Assembly: GCA_964492825.1 (NCBI GenBank)
Contig: CAZBLP010000002.1
Coordinates: forward strand, 1,801-65,800
Length of the DNA stretch: 64,000 bases
Source of the DNA: an uncultured bacterium
Lineage (GTDB): Bacteria; DYJV01
Reading direction: 5' to 3'
Positions within the stretch are counted from its first letter, which is position 1; each line of letters opens with the position of its first letter. Position numbers and translations under genes: made by a program. Of the stretch, positions 32,358 to 42,604 are shown in pieces. The notes under the pieces were generated by a model. It made no database searches. It was not told the DNA's origin and saw only the letters and a list, made by a program, of their open reading frames with translations.

Positions 32358-32956
32358 GTATATTTTATTTAAATCAAGGATTCCCTTTGGACGAAAGCCT
32401 TTGGAATGGCTTAGCTGATTCATTTGAAATAGAATTTTTAAAAGAAAAATATTTTGTGGATGTTCAAAAAAAGAAAGTCTTGCCTTTGAATTTCAGAGCA
32501 AATATTCCTACTACATTTTATCCAATATTGATAAATTACCAAAAAAAAAGAAACAGATTAATAAATAGAGATATTGAAGAATTAGTATCTGTGGAATTTA
32601 AAAAAGATTGGGCGTTTTTTTTCAGGGGAGTTCATTCTTTAAAAGAAGAGCTTGTTTTAAACAGTGTAAATAAGACCTCTGATTTTATCAGAATTATGAA
32701 AAATTTTAATGGCAAAGAATTGGATATGGGTGATAGTGCATATATTTTAGAACCTTTAGCCGGATTTTACATTGCATATATTTTTTGGGAAGGTGACGAA
32801 GATTTCTCTTCTTCATTGAAAATATTATTTGATAGAAAATTATCTGATATTTTTATGCAGGATATTGTGTGGGGAGTAATTGTAGAAACAAATTTTAGAA
32901 TTATGAATTTTAGAAAATATTTATCTTTATTCTGGCTAAGAGAAGTATTTTCTTAA
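32354..32956 (+). CDS. DUF3786-like protein (paralogue 2)
   Basis: …DMGDSAYILEPLAGFYIAYIFWEGDEDFSSSLKILFDRKLSDIF… is homologous to 37086-37709 and to the C-terminal half of 7174-8019. Confidence 0.55.
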   Translation: MSIFYLNQGFPLDESLWNGLADSFEIEFLKEKYFVDVQKKKVLPLNFRANIPTTFYPILINYQKKRNRLINRDIEELVSVEFKKDWAFFFRGVHSLKEELVLNSVNKTSDFIRIMKNFNGKELDMGDSAYILEPLAGFYIAYIFWEGDEDFSSSLKILFDRKLSDIFMQDIVWGVIVETNFRIMNFRKYLSLFWLREVFS

Positions 32957-33411
32957 TTTGTAAAAAATTTTAGTATAATCAGTGTATAAAATCCTGCCAT
33001 TAAATCATCAGCAACTACACCTATTCCGTGTGGTAATTTTTCCAAATTTTTTATAGGAAAAGGTTTTAATATATCGAAAATTCTGAAAATAATAAAAGCA
33101 AAAAGGTAATTTTGAAAATTAACAGGTATTGAAAAAACAGATATAAAAAAACCTAACCATTCATCTAAAACTATTTCATGAGGATCTTTTTTATTGAAAA
33201 TTCTTTCAACATCATAGCAGATAAAAAAAGAATAAAAACTGGTTAAAATAATAAAAACAGCAATCCAAAACTTATTTAAACAGTTATTTAATAAAACAGC
33301 TACAGGTATAGATGCTAAGGTGCCTATGGTTCCAGGCATAAATTTGGAATAACCTGAATAAAATCCTGTGGCAATTAAAATGTGTATTTTTTCTGATACT
33401 GATAATCTCAT
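32953..33411 (-). CDS. pgpA: Phosphatidylglycerophosphatase A
   Basis: …GFYSGYSKFMPGTIGTLASIP… PgpA signature. Confidence 0.8.
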   Translation of the reverse strand: MRLSVSEKIHILIATGFYSGYSKFMPGTIGTLASIPVAVLLNNCLNKFWIAVFIILTSFYSFFICYDVERIFNKKDPHEIVLDEWLGFFISVFSIPVNFQNYLFAFIIFRIFDILKPFPIKNLEKLPHGIGVVADDLMAGFYTLIILKFFTN

Positions 33412-33526
33412 TTAATTTTTTAACCACTAAAAAGAGAGAATTTTTAACAAATTTCAAAATTATTTCAATTTCAGAGACATATTATATAATTTTTAATCTA
33501 TTTTGAAAATAAGATATTTTATTAAG

Positions 33527-35290
33527 CTATGTTCTTTTAAATCTTTTAAAAATTTCATTTCTGGTAATTTCTATTAGAATAGGCCTGCCATGGGGGCAAG
33601 TTCTATTGTTAGGTACTGAATCTAACTCTTTAAGTAAAAAACTAATATTTTTAGTATCAAGTCTGGTGCCAGCTTTTATAGCGGATTTACAGGCTATTGA
33701 AGCTAATATTTTTTCATTTATTTCATCAATGGTATGAGAGCTATTTTTATATTCAAATTCTTTGATTAATATTTCTATAAGCTCTTTTGGGTCTATATGT
33801 TCAAGCATTGCTGGCATTCCTTTTAAAACCAGGGTTTTTTCATCAAATTGTTCAATAAAAACACCTAATTGGTTGATTTTATCCAAAAATTTCAACAAAA
33901 TAGCTTTTTCATTTTCAGAAATATCCAGAATTTCAGGCATGAGTAATTTTTTGACAATTTTTTGACCTGAGGATAAATTGGATTTTAGTTTTTCAAGCTG
34001 TATCCTTTCATGAGCTGCATGTTGGTCAATTATATATATAGATTCTCCTTTTTTGAAAATTAAAAAAGTATCCAAAAAATTGCCTATATAATCAAGAGAT
34101 TTGTAAAAATTTGTTTCAGTTTCAACAGTATTAATTGAAAAATGTTTTTCAAAAGTGATATCCTCATCCAAATCATCATGAATACCTAAATCAATATCTT
34201 CTTTAACCCTGTATTTTTCAATGGAAGATTTAATAAAGTTCTTAAATTTATCAAATGAATCTATGGGGTTATCGTCGTTTGTCGGTTTCTCAAAAGAAAT
34301 TGATGAGCATGAAATTACAGTTTGAATATTATTCCTAATAAGATTAAAAAGTCTTTGGCTATTATGAAATTTTACTTCCAATTTGGCAGGATGCACATTT
34401 ATATCAACTTTGGCAGGATCAATATTAATATACAGAAAAATATATGGGTATCTTTTTTCAAAAATTTTTCCTTTGTAAGCTTCTTTTATAGCAAAGTATA
34501 TTGTCCTATCTTTAATAAATCTTCCGTTTAAAAATATACTTACATCATTAGAATATGCTGTTGTAATGTCCGGAGGCGATACGTAACCTGAAATGTAAAA
34601 TTCTTCATCTTCTATTGTAAAAGGAATAAGCTTTGAGGATATATTTTCCGAATAAATTTGCTCAATTCTATCTATAATGTTTTTACATTTTGGATAGAAT
34701 TTTGTACGGTTATTTGAAATAAATGTGAATTCTTTTAGAGGGTTAGACAGGAGAAACCTTTTCACAACATTGTCTATATAAGCATTTTCCGTAGCTGGTT
34801 TTTTAAGAAATTTCAGACGAGCAGGAACATTAAAAAAAAGATCCCTGACTTCAATGGTAAAACCGGGATTAATGGCAACTTCTGAGACATTTTTAATAAC
34901 TCCGCCTTCTAAAAATATCTCAAATCCAATATTGCAATTAATAGTTTTACTTTTTGTTCTGATTTTGCTAACTGAAGCAATGCTGGGTAATGCTTCACCT
35001 CTGAATCCTAAAGTAGTAATAGAATATAAGTCATTAATGTCTGATATTTTACTTGTGGCGTGTCTTTCAAAAGCAAGGAGGAGATCGTCTCTTGTTAATC
35101 CTTCGCCATTATCAGAAACTTTAATGAGTTTTTGACCAGCATTTTTAATTTCAATTTTAATTTTATTTGCTTTTGCATCAATAGAGTTTTCTACAAGTTC
35201 TTTTACAATTGAAGCAGGTCTCTCAACAACTTCACCAGCTGCAATTTTATTAATAATTGTATCAGGTAGCAATTTGATTTTATGAGTCAT
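33527..35290 (-). CDS. mutL: DNA mismatch repair protein MutL
   Basis: GHKL ATPase N-terminus (…IAAGEVVERPASIVKELVENSIDA…) and C-terminal dimerisation domain. Confidence 0.9.
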   Translation of the reverse strand: MTHKIKLLPDTIINKIAAGEVVERPASIVKELVENSIDAKANKIKIEIKNAGQKLIKVSDNGEGLTRDDLLLAFERHATSKISDINDLYSITTLGFRGEALPSIASVSKIRTKSKTINCNIGFEIFLEGGVIKNVSEVAINPGFTIEVRDLFFNVPARLKFLKKPATENAYIDNVVKRFLLSNPLKEFTFISNNRTKFYPKCKNIIDRIEQIYSENISSKLIPFTIEDEEFYISGYVSPPDITTAYSNDVSIFLNGRFIKDRTIYFAIKEAYKGKIFEKRYPYIFLYINIDPAKVDINVHPAKLEVKFHNSQRLFNLIRNNIQTVISCSSISFEKPTNDDNPIDSFDKFKNFIKSSIEKYRVKEDIDLGIHDDLDEDITFEKHFSINTVETETNFYKSLDYIGNFLDTFLIFKKGESIYIIDQHAAHERIQLEKLKSNLSSGQKIVKKLLMPEILDISENEKAILLKFLDKINQLGVFIEQFDEKTLVLKGMPAMLEHIDPKELIEILIKEFEYKNSSHTIDEINEKILASIACKSAIKAGTRLDTKNISFLLKELDSVPNNRTCPHGRPILIEITRNEIFKRFKRT

Positions 35291-37005
35291 GATAATTTTT
35301 CTATATCTTTAATTTTTAGCTTAATATCCATTTTGCCGTTCTCTTTGTATGAATATGGATAATAAGAAATATTCAGAGAGTCACCAATAGTAATATTGTC
35401 ACGCATTCTGTTAAAAGCCAGAGCTTCAAAAGATGAATGCCCCTGTTCAAGAATCATTTTAATATGATTGACTCCGAAAACTTTAACTGAGGTAACAAGC
35501 ACATCTTCAGTAAGTAAAGTCGGTTCTATATTGGATGGCCCAAATGGCTCAAGCATTTGGAATTCTCTAATTAAAGAGTCTCTAATATCTGAAAAAGAGA
35601 CTTTTTTATCAACAAATATTTTTTTGTAAAAATCTTCTTTTCTGGTAAGCTTTTTAACTGTATATTCAAAAGCGTCAATAAAATCATGTAGCTTTTCTTT
35701 TTTTAATGTAATACCTGCTGCATACTTGTGTCCTCCAAAGCTTTCTAAAAATTCTGAACACAAATTTAAAGCTTCATAAATATCAAAATTTTTAATACTT
35801 CTTGCAGAGCCTTTTCCAATATCATCTTTAAAACTGATAAGAATAGTAGGTTTATAATATTTTTCAACAAGCCTTGACGATACTATGCCAATAACCCCTT
35901 CGTGCCAATTTTCAGAATATAAAACAATGCTTTGTTTATTTTTAAAATTTTTACTTTTTTCCATTATAGATAATGCTTCATTTAATATTTTTTCTTCAAT
36001 TTTTTGTCTTTCGTAATTATTTCGTTCTAACAATGATGCTATTTTTAAAGCATCTGAATAGCTGTCAGTGGTTAAAAGATTTACTCCTAAAGTGGCATTG
36101 TCCAATCTCCCAATAGCATTAATTCTTGGGGCTAATCTAAATCCAACGTTCCAGTAGTTTAATTGTCCTTCCCTGATTCCACAGATTTGCTTTAATGCTT
36201 TTACTCCCATTCTATTTGAACGTTCTAATTCTGATAAACCAAATTTTACCAAAATTCTGTTATCAAATTTTAACGGGCATATATCTGCAATTGTGCCAAG
36301 TGCAACTAAATCAAGGAAATTTTTTAAATTTAATTCATCTTTATTTTTCCAGAAATTAGAATCTCTAAGCTTCATTCGTAAACCAATCAACAGATAAAAT
36401 GCTATTCCAACACCAGCAAGATCTTTAAAGGGGAAATTACAGTCTTTCTGTTTCGGGTCAACAATTGCAAAAGCAGGAGGTACATCCTCAGGTACTTCAT
36501 GGTGATCTGTGACAATAACATCAATGCCAAGAGATTTTGCAAATTCAATTTCTGCTATATTGCTAATACCACAATCAACAGTAATAATTAGTTTGATATT
36601 TTCAGATTTAAATTTTTTTATTGCATCTATATTGAGGCCGTATCCTTCTGAAAGTCTTGATGGAATGTAAAACAAAATATTTTCAGATGCACCAATTAAT
36701 TTGAAAAAACTGTAAAGTAACGAAACCGATGTAATGCCATCTACATCATAGTCGCCATAAATAACTATTTTCTGTTGTTTTTTAAAAGCATAAATTATCC
36801 TATCGCAGGCTTGCTCCAAATTTTTTAATAAAAGAGGAAATGTCAGAGATTGTAAAGTAATATTGAAAAATTTTTTTATTACTTCAGGTTCAGTAAGCCC
36901 CCTGTTAATTAAAATTTGAGATGTTATGTTGCTGATTTTAAATTTTTTAGATATAGAATCTTGGAGATTTTTATCTTCGTCATAAATAATCCATTGACTT
37001 TTCAT
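35287..37005 (-). CDS. recJ: Single-stranded-DNA-specific exonuclease RecJ
   Basis: DHH motifs (…IYGDYDVDGITS…, …VTDHH…) and DHHA1 domain. It overlaps mutL by 4 nt. Confidence 0.9.
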   Translation of the reverse strand: MKSQWIIYDEDKNLQDSISKKFKISNITSQILINRGLTEPEVIKKFFNITLQSLTFPLLLKNLEQACDRIIYAFKKQQKIVIYGDYDVDGITSVSLLYSFFKLIGASENILFYIPSRLSEGYGLNIDAIKKFKSENIKLIITVDCGISNIAEIEFAKSLGIDVIVTDHHEVPEDVPPAFAIVDPKQKDCNFPFKDLAGVGIAFYLLIGLRMKLRDSNFWKNKDELNLKNFLDLVALGTIADICPLKFDNRILVKFGLSELERSNRMGVKALKQICGIREGQLNYWNVGFRLAPRINAIGRLDNATLGVNLLTTDSYSDALKIASLLERNNYERQKIEEKILNEALSIMEKSKNFKNKQSIVLYSENWHEGVIGIVSSRLVEKYYKPTILISFKDDIGKGSARSIKNFDIYEALNLCSEFLESFGGHKYAAGITLKKEKLHDFIDAFEYTVKKLTRKEDFYKKIFVDKKVSFSDIRDSLIREFQMLEPFGPSNIEPTLLTEDVLVTSVKVFGVNHIKMILEQGHSSFEALAFNRMRDNITIGDSLNISYYPYSYKENGKMDIKLKIKDIEKLS

Positions 37006-37085
37006 GTTAATTTAATTATCATAAAATACTAAATTATTCAATGAGTTTTTATGGTTATAATTTGGCTAATTTTCAAGGAGTTATT

Positions 37086-37709
37086 ATGAAAAAGCAAAGA
37101 AGTTATGAAATAGCTTATAAAATAGCTGTAGAAAATCTTATTAAATTAAATTTTGTTGATATTTTAGATAAAATTAAATATTCAGGTTGTAATATTATAG
37201 ATTGTAGAGAAAATAGAATTGAATTTGAGATAAAACTTTTTAATGATATCTATAGTATAACTTATCCTGATTTCACTTTTAATAGCAAAACTTCAAAGGT
37301 TGTCTCTCTTGCTACTAAAATAATAATTTTACATTATTTGGAAAATTCTGGTCCATTTTTGAAGCCAACAGGGGAGCTGGTAAGTTATAAGCATATTCCA
37401 GGAGCCTTTAACTATTATCCTGTTTTTCAAAAAAAGTCTATTTTACCTTTATTGGAGAAATATCGTACAATTCAGGATCTGAAAACCATATGTGAAAAAA
37501 TAGAAGGAACAAAAATGGAAATGGGTGATTTTGCTTTTAAAATAAAAGTATTTCCAAAAATAGACATTGTGGTTATATTTTGGGAAGGAGATGAGGAATT
37601 TTCTTCTACTTTGGATTTTTTATTTGATTCAAGCATAAAAGATATGCTATCATTGGAAGATATTGTAGTATTGGCTCAAATGCTAAGCAAAAGAATGTTG
37701 TTTGTTTAA
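37086..37709 (+). CDS. DUF3786-like protein (paralogue 3)
   Basis: …EMGDFAFKIKVFPKIDIVVIFWEGDEEFSSTLDFLFDSSIKDMLSLED… The ATG at 37086 has an AAGGAG 6 nt upstream. The track start at 37041 is less likely. Confidence 0.55.
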   Translation: MKKQRSYEIAYKIAVENLIKLNFVDILDKIKYSGCNIIDCRENRIEFEIKLFNDIYSITYPDFTFNSKTSKVVSLATKIIILHYLENSGPFLKPTGELVSYKHIPGAFNYYPVFQKKSILPLLEKYRTIQDLKTICEKIEGTKMEMGDFAFKIKVFPKIDIVVIFWEGDEEFSSTLDFLFDSSIKDMLSLEDIVVLAQMLSKRMLFV

Positions 37710-37836
37710 TTAGTTATTAGAAATTAATCTAAGCATAAAAAGTTCAATTAACTTGTTCAAAATAAAAATAATGGAAATTGAAGACAAATTATTGTATAAA
37801 GAAAAGCCAGAGAGGAAATAAAATATAGCTTGAGCA

Positions 37837-38049
37837 ATGATAGATATTCAAGATAAAAAAATTTTACATTATATTATCAGAATAAAACCTCAAAACAAAA
37901 AAGCTATTTATGTGGAAGCAATAAATGCTTTAAATCCTTTTGTTAAACCTGGATATAGATTTGTTACTGTTTCAATTAATGAAAAAAATTTAGAGGAGTT
38001 CAGAAAACTTTTAGAACAAGGATTAGTTGAAGCATATTTTTATATTTAA
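37837..38049 (+). CDS. Small hypothetical protein (70 aa)
   Basis: Short ORF between the DUF3786 paralogue and the nitroreductase gene. It may be a DUF3343-like small carrier-type protein, but this is not verifiable here. Confidence 0.35.
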   Translation: MIDIQDKKILHYIIRIKPQNKKAIYVEAINALNPFVKPGYRFVTVSINEKNLEEFRKLLEQGLVEAYFYI

Positions 38050-38064
38050 TTTAAAGAGGATAAA

Positions 38065-38580
38065 ATGAAAGAATCATGTTATGAATTAATAAAAAAAAGA
38101 AGAAGCATAAGAAATTTTCTTAATAAAGATGTTAAGATGAATATAATCTACCAAATTTTAGATGCTGCAAGATGGGCGCCTTCAGGTCTTAACAATCAAC
38201 CATGGAAATTTGTTATTATAAAAAATTCTGTTGTAAAGGAAAAAATTGGTAATTTATCACATTATAAAAGGATTTTTATAGAAGCACCTGTTATTATCCC
38301 ATTTTTTTTGGATAAAAATTCTATTTACCATAGAGAAAAAGATATTATGGGAGTTGGTGCTGCTGTTGAAAATATATTGCTTGCAGCTGAGGCTCTTGAC
38401 TTAGGTGCTGTTTGGCTGGGAGAAATTTTAAAAGCAAGAGAAGAAGTAGAAAGAATATTAGATACTCCTGATAATTTAGAGCTTTTAGGTGTTGTTGCTT
38501 TAGGATATCCAGCTGATAAGAAATATAAAGAGAGAAAAAGGAAAGAATTTCAAGAGATAATTTTTAAAGAAATTTTGTAA
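38065..38580 (+). CDS. Nitroreductase-family protein
   Basis: …KRRSIRNF… and …RWAPSGLNNQPW… nitroreductase motifs. Confidence 0.8.
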   Translation: MKESCYELIKKRRSIRNFLNKDVKMNIIYQILDAARWAPSGLNNQPWKFVIIKNSVVKEKIGNLSHYKRIFIEAPVIIPFFLDKNSIYHREKDIMGVGAAVENILLAAEALDLGAVWLGEILKAREEVERILDTPDNLELLGVVALGYPADKKYKERKRKEFQEIIFKEIL

Positions 38581-38613
38581 TTTATTTGTTTGAATAAATA
38601 GGGGAGATATTAA

Positions 38614-39990
38614 TTGAATAAAATAAAAACAATTATAGCGTTATTATGCTTGTTAAGTTTTTTTGTTTCCTGTTTTAAAAAGAACATACCTAAGGTTGTA
38701 GAACCTGATCCTTTATATAATCAAGCAGTTTCTCTATTCAAAAGAGGTAAGTTTGAAAAAGCGTCGGAGAAATTTTTAGAGTTTAAAAACAGATTTCCGT
38801 TTGACAGAAGAATTCTTGAAGTTGAGATAAAATATTGCGACAGTTTATACAAAGCAGAAAAATATATAGAAGCAGAAAACGCATATCTTGAATTTATTAA
38901 ATTGCACCCTAAAAACAAATTAATAACTTATGCCTATTATCAACTTGGGATGATTCAATATAAACAGATTTCCACAATAGACAGAGACCAATCAAAACTT
39001 CATGAAGCTATAAAATATTTTTCATTTCTAATAAAAAGATTTCCAAAAAGCAGATTTGCATCAATAGGATTGCACCGAATGCACGAATGCAAAAGAAAAC
39101 TAGCCAAAAATAATTTTTATATAGGTTATTTTTATTTTAAACAGAAAAGATATGAAGCTGCAATTGCAAGATTTGAAAAAATTTTAAAATTGTATCCAGG
39201 TTTTATTGATGATAAGGTCTTATACTATCTTGGTAAATCTTATATTGATATAGGTAATAAAGAGAAAGCTTTCAATATTTTAAAAAATTTAGTGAATATT
39301 TTTCCTAAAAGCAAGTATAATTATAGAGCAAAACAATTATTGAAAAATCCCAAAAAAGACAAATTTAAATTTTGGGCAAGGTTTAAAGAATATTATTTTA
39401 TGAGTGAAGATGACATTAAAGATGCCTATTATGCGCCAGGCAGACAGCAATTTGCATATCCACCTTCATCAACATACGCACTTGATTCAAAATCTTTATC
39501 AGAGAAAAAAAGAACCCTTATTTCATTAGAAACTGCTAAAATAATTAAAAAAGAATTTCAAAAAACAGAAGACATTTCAAAAGAAAAAAGTGAAGAAAAT
39601 AAAATACCGGTGAATGTTTCAGCTAATGAAGTTGATTATCTTGATAATGGGCAAAAAGTGGTTTTTCAAGGCGGAGTAGTTGTGACAAGAGAAGATTTAG
39701 TGATAAAATGTAGCAAACTAATTGCATATTTAAATAAAAAAAATAAAAATATTTATAAGATTGAAGCTATTGACGGGGTTGAGTTGTATTACCTTACAAA
39801 AGAGGGACATGCTGAAAGAATAGTGTATTATGTTCCTGAAGATAAAGTTACAATGTTTGGTAATCCCTATTTGAAAGATGGAAATAGTTTGGTTACAGGA
39901 GATAAAATAATTTATTTTGTTTCAACTCAAAAAGTATTTGTTTTAGGTGGTAATAAAAGAAGAGGAGAGATTATTATTAAGGGGAAATAA
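38614..39990 (+). CDS. BamD-like TPR lipoprotein with a C-terminal LptA/OstA-like domain
   Basis: Lipobox LLSFFVSC and BamD/YfiO-like TPR region (residues about 30–240). The C-terminus …ANEVDYLDNGQKVVFQGGVVVTREDLVIKCSKLIAY… resembles the OstA_N/LptA beta-jellyroll. TTG start with GGGGAG upstream. Confidence 0.5.
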   Translation: MNKIKTIIALLCLLSFFVSCFKKNIPKVVEPDPLYNQAVSLFKRGKFEKASEKFLEFKNRFPFDRRILEVEIKYCDSLYKAEKYIEAENAYLEFIKLHPKNKLITYAYYQLGMIQYKQISTIDRDQSKLHEAIKYFSFLIKRFPKSRFASIGLHRMHECKRKLAKNNFYIGYFYFKQKRYEAAIARFEKILKLYPGFIDDKVLYYLGKSYIDIGNKEKAFNILKNLVNIFPKSKYNYRAKQLLKNPKKDKFKFWARFKEYYFMSEDDIKDAYYAPGRQQFAYPPSSTYALDSKSLSEKKRTLISLETAKIIKKEFQKTEDISKEKSEENKIPVNVSANEVDYLDNGQKVVFQGGVVVTREDLVIKCSKLIAYLNKKNKNIYKIEAIDGVELYYLTKEGHAERIVYYVPEDKVTMFGNPYLKDGNSLVTGDKIIYFVSTQKVFVLGGNKRRGEIIIKGK

Positions 39991-41223
39991 GTGCGTAAAG
40001 ATATATCAGTAAAAGAAGCAATTAATTTAATTTTAAATTATACAAATATTTTAGGCACAGAAAAAGTTTTTCTATCTGACGCTATTAACAGAGTTATTGC
40101 AGAGGATATTATAGCAACTTATAATATTCCTCCATATGATAATTCTGCAATGGACGGATTTGCATTGAAATATGAAGATACTATAGGAGCTTCATCCAAC
40201 AACCCTGTAAAACTTAAAATAATCGGGACAATTTCAGCTGGTTCTGTTTTTGATAAATCTGTTAAAGAAGGTGAAGCTGTTAAAATTATGACAGGTGGCA
40301 AAATTCCTGAAGGTACAGATTGTATTGCAAGAAAAGAGATTGTTAGAGAGGAAAATGGCTATATATATATTTCTGAAAGATTGTCAAAAAACAATGATCT
40401 CAGAAAAACAGGCGAAGATATTAAAAAAGGTGAAATTATTATAAAAAAATATTCAAATATAACACCTGCTGTAGCAGGTATTGTTGCATCTTTTGGGAGA
40501 AGTTATATTAAAGTTTTTAAAAAGCCTATAGTTACAGTGCTTATAACAGGAGATGAGATTGTTGATATAGATGAAGAACTTTCAGATGGTCAAATTAGAA
40601 ATTCAAATGGTTTTACATTGAGAGGCTTGCTTCAAGGTGAAAAAATAAATGCTTTTTTTACAGAAATTGTTAAAGATGAGCCTGAAATATTAAAAAGCCA
40701 AATAGAGAATTCGTTAAATTCAGATATTATTCTCTCAACTGGTGGTGTTTCAATGGGAGATTACGATTTTGTAAAAGATATTACCATTGAATTAGGTTTT
40801 GAGCCTATTTTCTGGAGGGTTAGAGTAAAGCCGGGAAAGCCTTTGTTTTTTGCAAGAAAAAATAGAACACTCTTTTTCGGGATACCAGGAAATCCGGTTT
40901 CCACAATGTCAAGTTTTTACAATTTTATTTTGCCATGTATAAAAAAAATGAGTGGTAAAAAAGAACTTTTTCTCAGGAGATTTAAAGCGACGCTTGAGTC
41001 TAATATTAAAAGAAAAGATTTTAGATGTGAATTTATAAGAGGAATATTAACAATAAAAAAAAATAAATTTTATGTTACACCAACCGGAGCACAAGGTTCA
41101 GGTATATTATCATCTATGAAAAAGGGTAATTGTTTTATTATAGTTGATGAAGGAGAACCATTGATTCAAAAAGGTGATGAAGTTAATGTAGCAGTTTTTG
41201 ATTCTAATTTTTATTATGAATAA
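39991..41223 (+). CDS. moeA: Molybdopterin molybdotransferase
   Basis: …PPYDNSAMDGFAL… MoeA N-terminal signature and MoCF_biosynth core (…ILSTGGVSMGDYD…). GTG start. Confidence 0.85.
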   Translation: MRKDISVKEAINLILNYTNILGTEKVFLSDAINRVIAEDIIATYNIPPYDNSAMDGFALKYEDTIGASSNNPVKLKIIGTISAGSVFDKSVKEGEAVKIMTGGKIPEGTDCIARKEIVREENGYIYISERLSKNNDLRKTGEDIKKGEIIIKKYSNITPAVAGIVASFGRSYIKVFKKPIVTVLITGDEIVDIDEELSDGQIRNSNGFTLRGLLQGEKINAFFTEIVKDEPEILKSQIENSLNSDIILSTGGVSMGDYDFVKDITIELGFEPIFWRVRVKPGKPLFFARKNRTLFFGIPGNPVSTMSSFYNFILPCIKKMSGKKELFLRRFKATLESNIKRKDFRCEFIRGILTIKKNKFYVTPTGAQGSGILSSMKKGNCFIIVDEGEPLIQKGDEVNVAVFDSNFYYE

Positions 41224-41545
41224 CAGTTTTCTTAAAATATTAAGCTGCCTATTTTTAGCTATTATTTTATTTTTATCAATAATCAAAATAAATAATACAA
41301 ATCTACCAGAGCAAAGTGACAAAGTTGCTCATTTCATTATGTATATCTTTTGTTCAGCATCATTTTATTTTTTACAATTTAGATACTACATTTTATTTTC
41401 AATTAGTTATGGTATTTTAATGGAGATAATACAATATTTTATTCCTTGGCGAAGTTTTTCTATTGCTGATATTATTGCCAATTCAATAGGTGCAGTAAGT
41501 TTTTTATTGATTTTAAAATTCTTATATAATAAAAAATTATTATGA
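41216..41545 (+). CDS. VanZ-like membrane protein
   Basis: DKVAHFIMY and …EIIQYFIPWRSFSIADIIANSIGA… VanZ motifs. The ATG at 41216 overlaps the moeA stop. The track TTG at 41198 is the alternative. Confidence 0.6.
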   Translation: MNNSFLKILSCLFLAIILFLSIIKINNTNLPEQSDKVAHFIMYIFCSASFYFLQFRYYILFSISYGILMEIIQYFIPWRSFSIADIIANSIGAVSFLLILKFLYNKKLL

Positions 41546-41634
41546 TTACTGATACTAAAAAAGTGTTTGACAGAATTAAAAAAACATAGTAATAATTATT
41601 TTTCATGTTTTAATTAAATTAAAAGGGGGATAAT

Positions 41635-42603
41635 ATGAAAAAATGGTTTTTGTTGGCAATTATTTTTGTGTTTACAATGAGTATTTCTTTATTTGGTGCT
41701 GTAAAAATGAAAATAGGCATAGTTACAACACCACAGTCAGGCCATTATGTGGCATGTAAAAAATTTAAAGAAATTGTAGAAAAAGAATCGAAAGGGAGAT
41801 TTACATTTAAAATTTATCACAGTGCTTCTCTTGGCAATGAAAGCTCTATTCTACAGCAGATTCAGCTTGGTACAGTAGATTTAGGAGTTATTACTTCTGG
41901 TCCAATTGGAAATTTCAATAAAAAAATACAGCTTTTTGATTTACCTTTTATTTTTAAAGATTACAAACAAGCTGATAAAATATTAGATGGTCCTATTGGC
42001 CAAGGAGTATTAAACTCACTTGCAAAGCAAGGATTCAAAGGGATGCATTTTTTAGAGAATGGTTTCAGAAATCTTACAAACAACATTAGGCCGGTTCATA
42101 CAGTTGCAGATGTTAAGGGATTAAAAATCAGGACAATGGCAGCTCCAATGCATGTGAAATTATGGAGAATGCTTGGTGCTAATCCTACTCCAATGGGATG
42201 GCCTATTAATACTGCTTTGCAGCAGGGTACTATTGATGGTCAGGAAAATCCACTTTGGGTTATAGATAAATATAAACTTTATGAAGTGCAAAAATATTTA
42301 TCTTTTACAAGACATGTTTATTCACCTCTTGTATTTATTATGAATTTAAATAAATTTAAAGCTTTGTCTAAAAATGATCAGAAGCTGTTTTTAAAAGCAG
42401 CTAAAATAGCATCTAATTTTGAAAGAAAATGGAACAGAGATAATAATGCCGGATTTTTAAAACATTTAAAACAAATGGGAATGAAAATTGACGAACATCC
42501 TGATGTTAACAGTTTTAGAAAAAAAGTTGCTCCTATGTATAATGATGCTAAAAAAGTAATTGGTGCAGATTTAGTGGAGAAACTGTTAAAAGCTATTAAA
42601 TAG
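41635..42603 (+). CDS. dctP: TRAP transporter substrate-binding protein
   Basis: Signal peptide plus DctP-family sequence (…LPFIFKD…, …WRMLGANPTPMGW…). Confidence 0.85.
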   Translation: MKKWFLLAIIFVFTMSISLFGAVKMKIGIVTTPQSGHYVACKKFKEIVEKESKGRFTFKIYHSASLGNESSILQQIQLGTVDLGVITSGPIGNFNKKIQLFDLPFIFKDYKQADKILDGPIGQGVLNSLAKQGFKGMHFLENGFRNLTNNIRPVHTVADVKGLKIRTMAAPMHVKLWRMLGANPTPMGWPINTALQQGTIDGQENPLWVIDKYKLYEVQKYLSFTRHVYSPLVFIMNLNKFKALSKNDQKLFLKAAKIASNFERKWNRDNNAGFLKHLKQMGMKIDEHPDVNSFRKKVAPMYNDAKKVIGADLVEKLLKAIK

Positions 42604-42604
42604 C

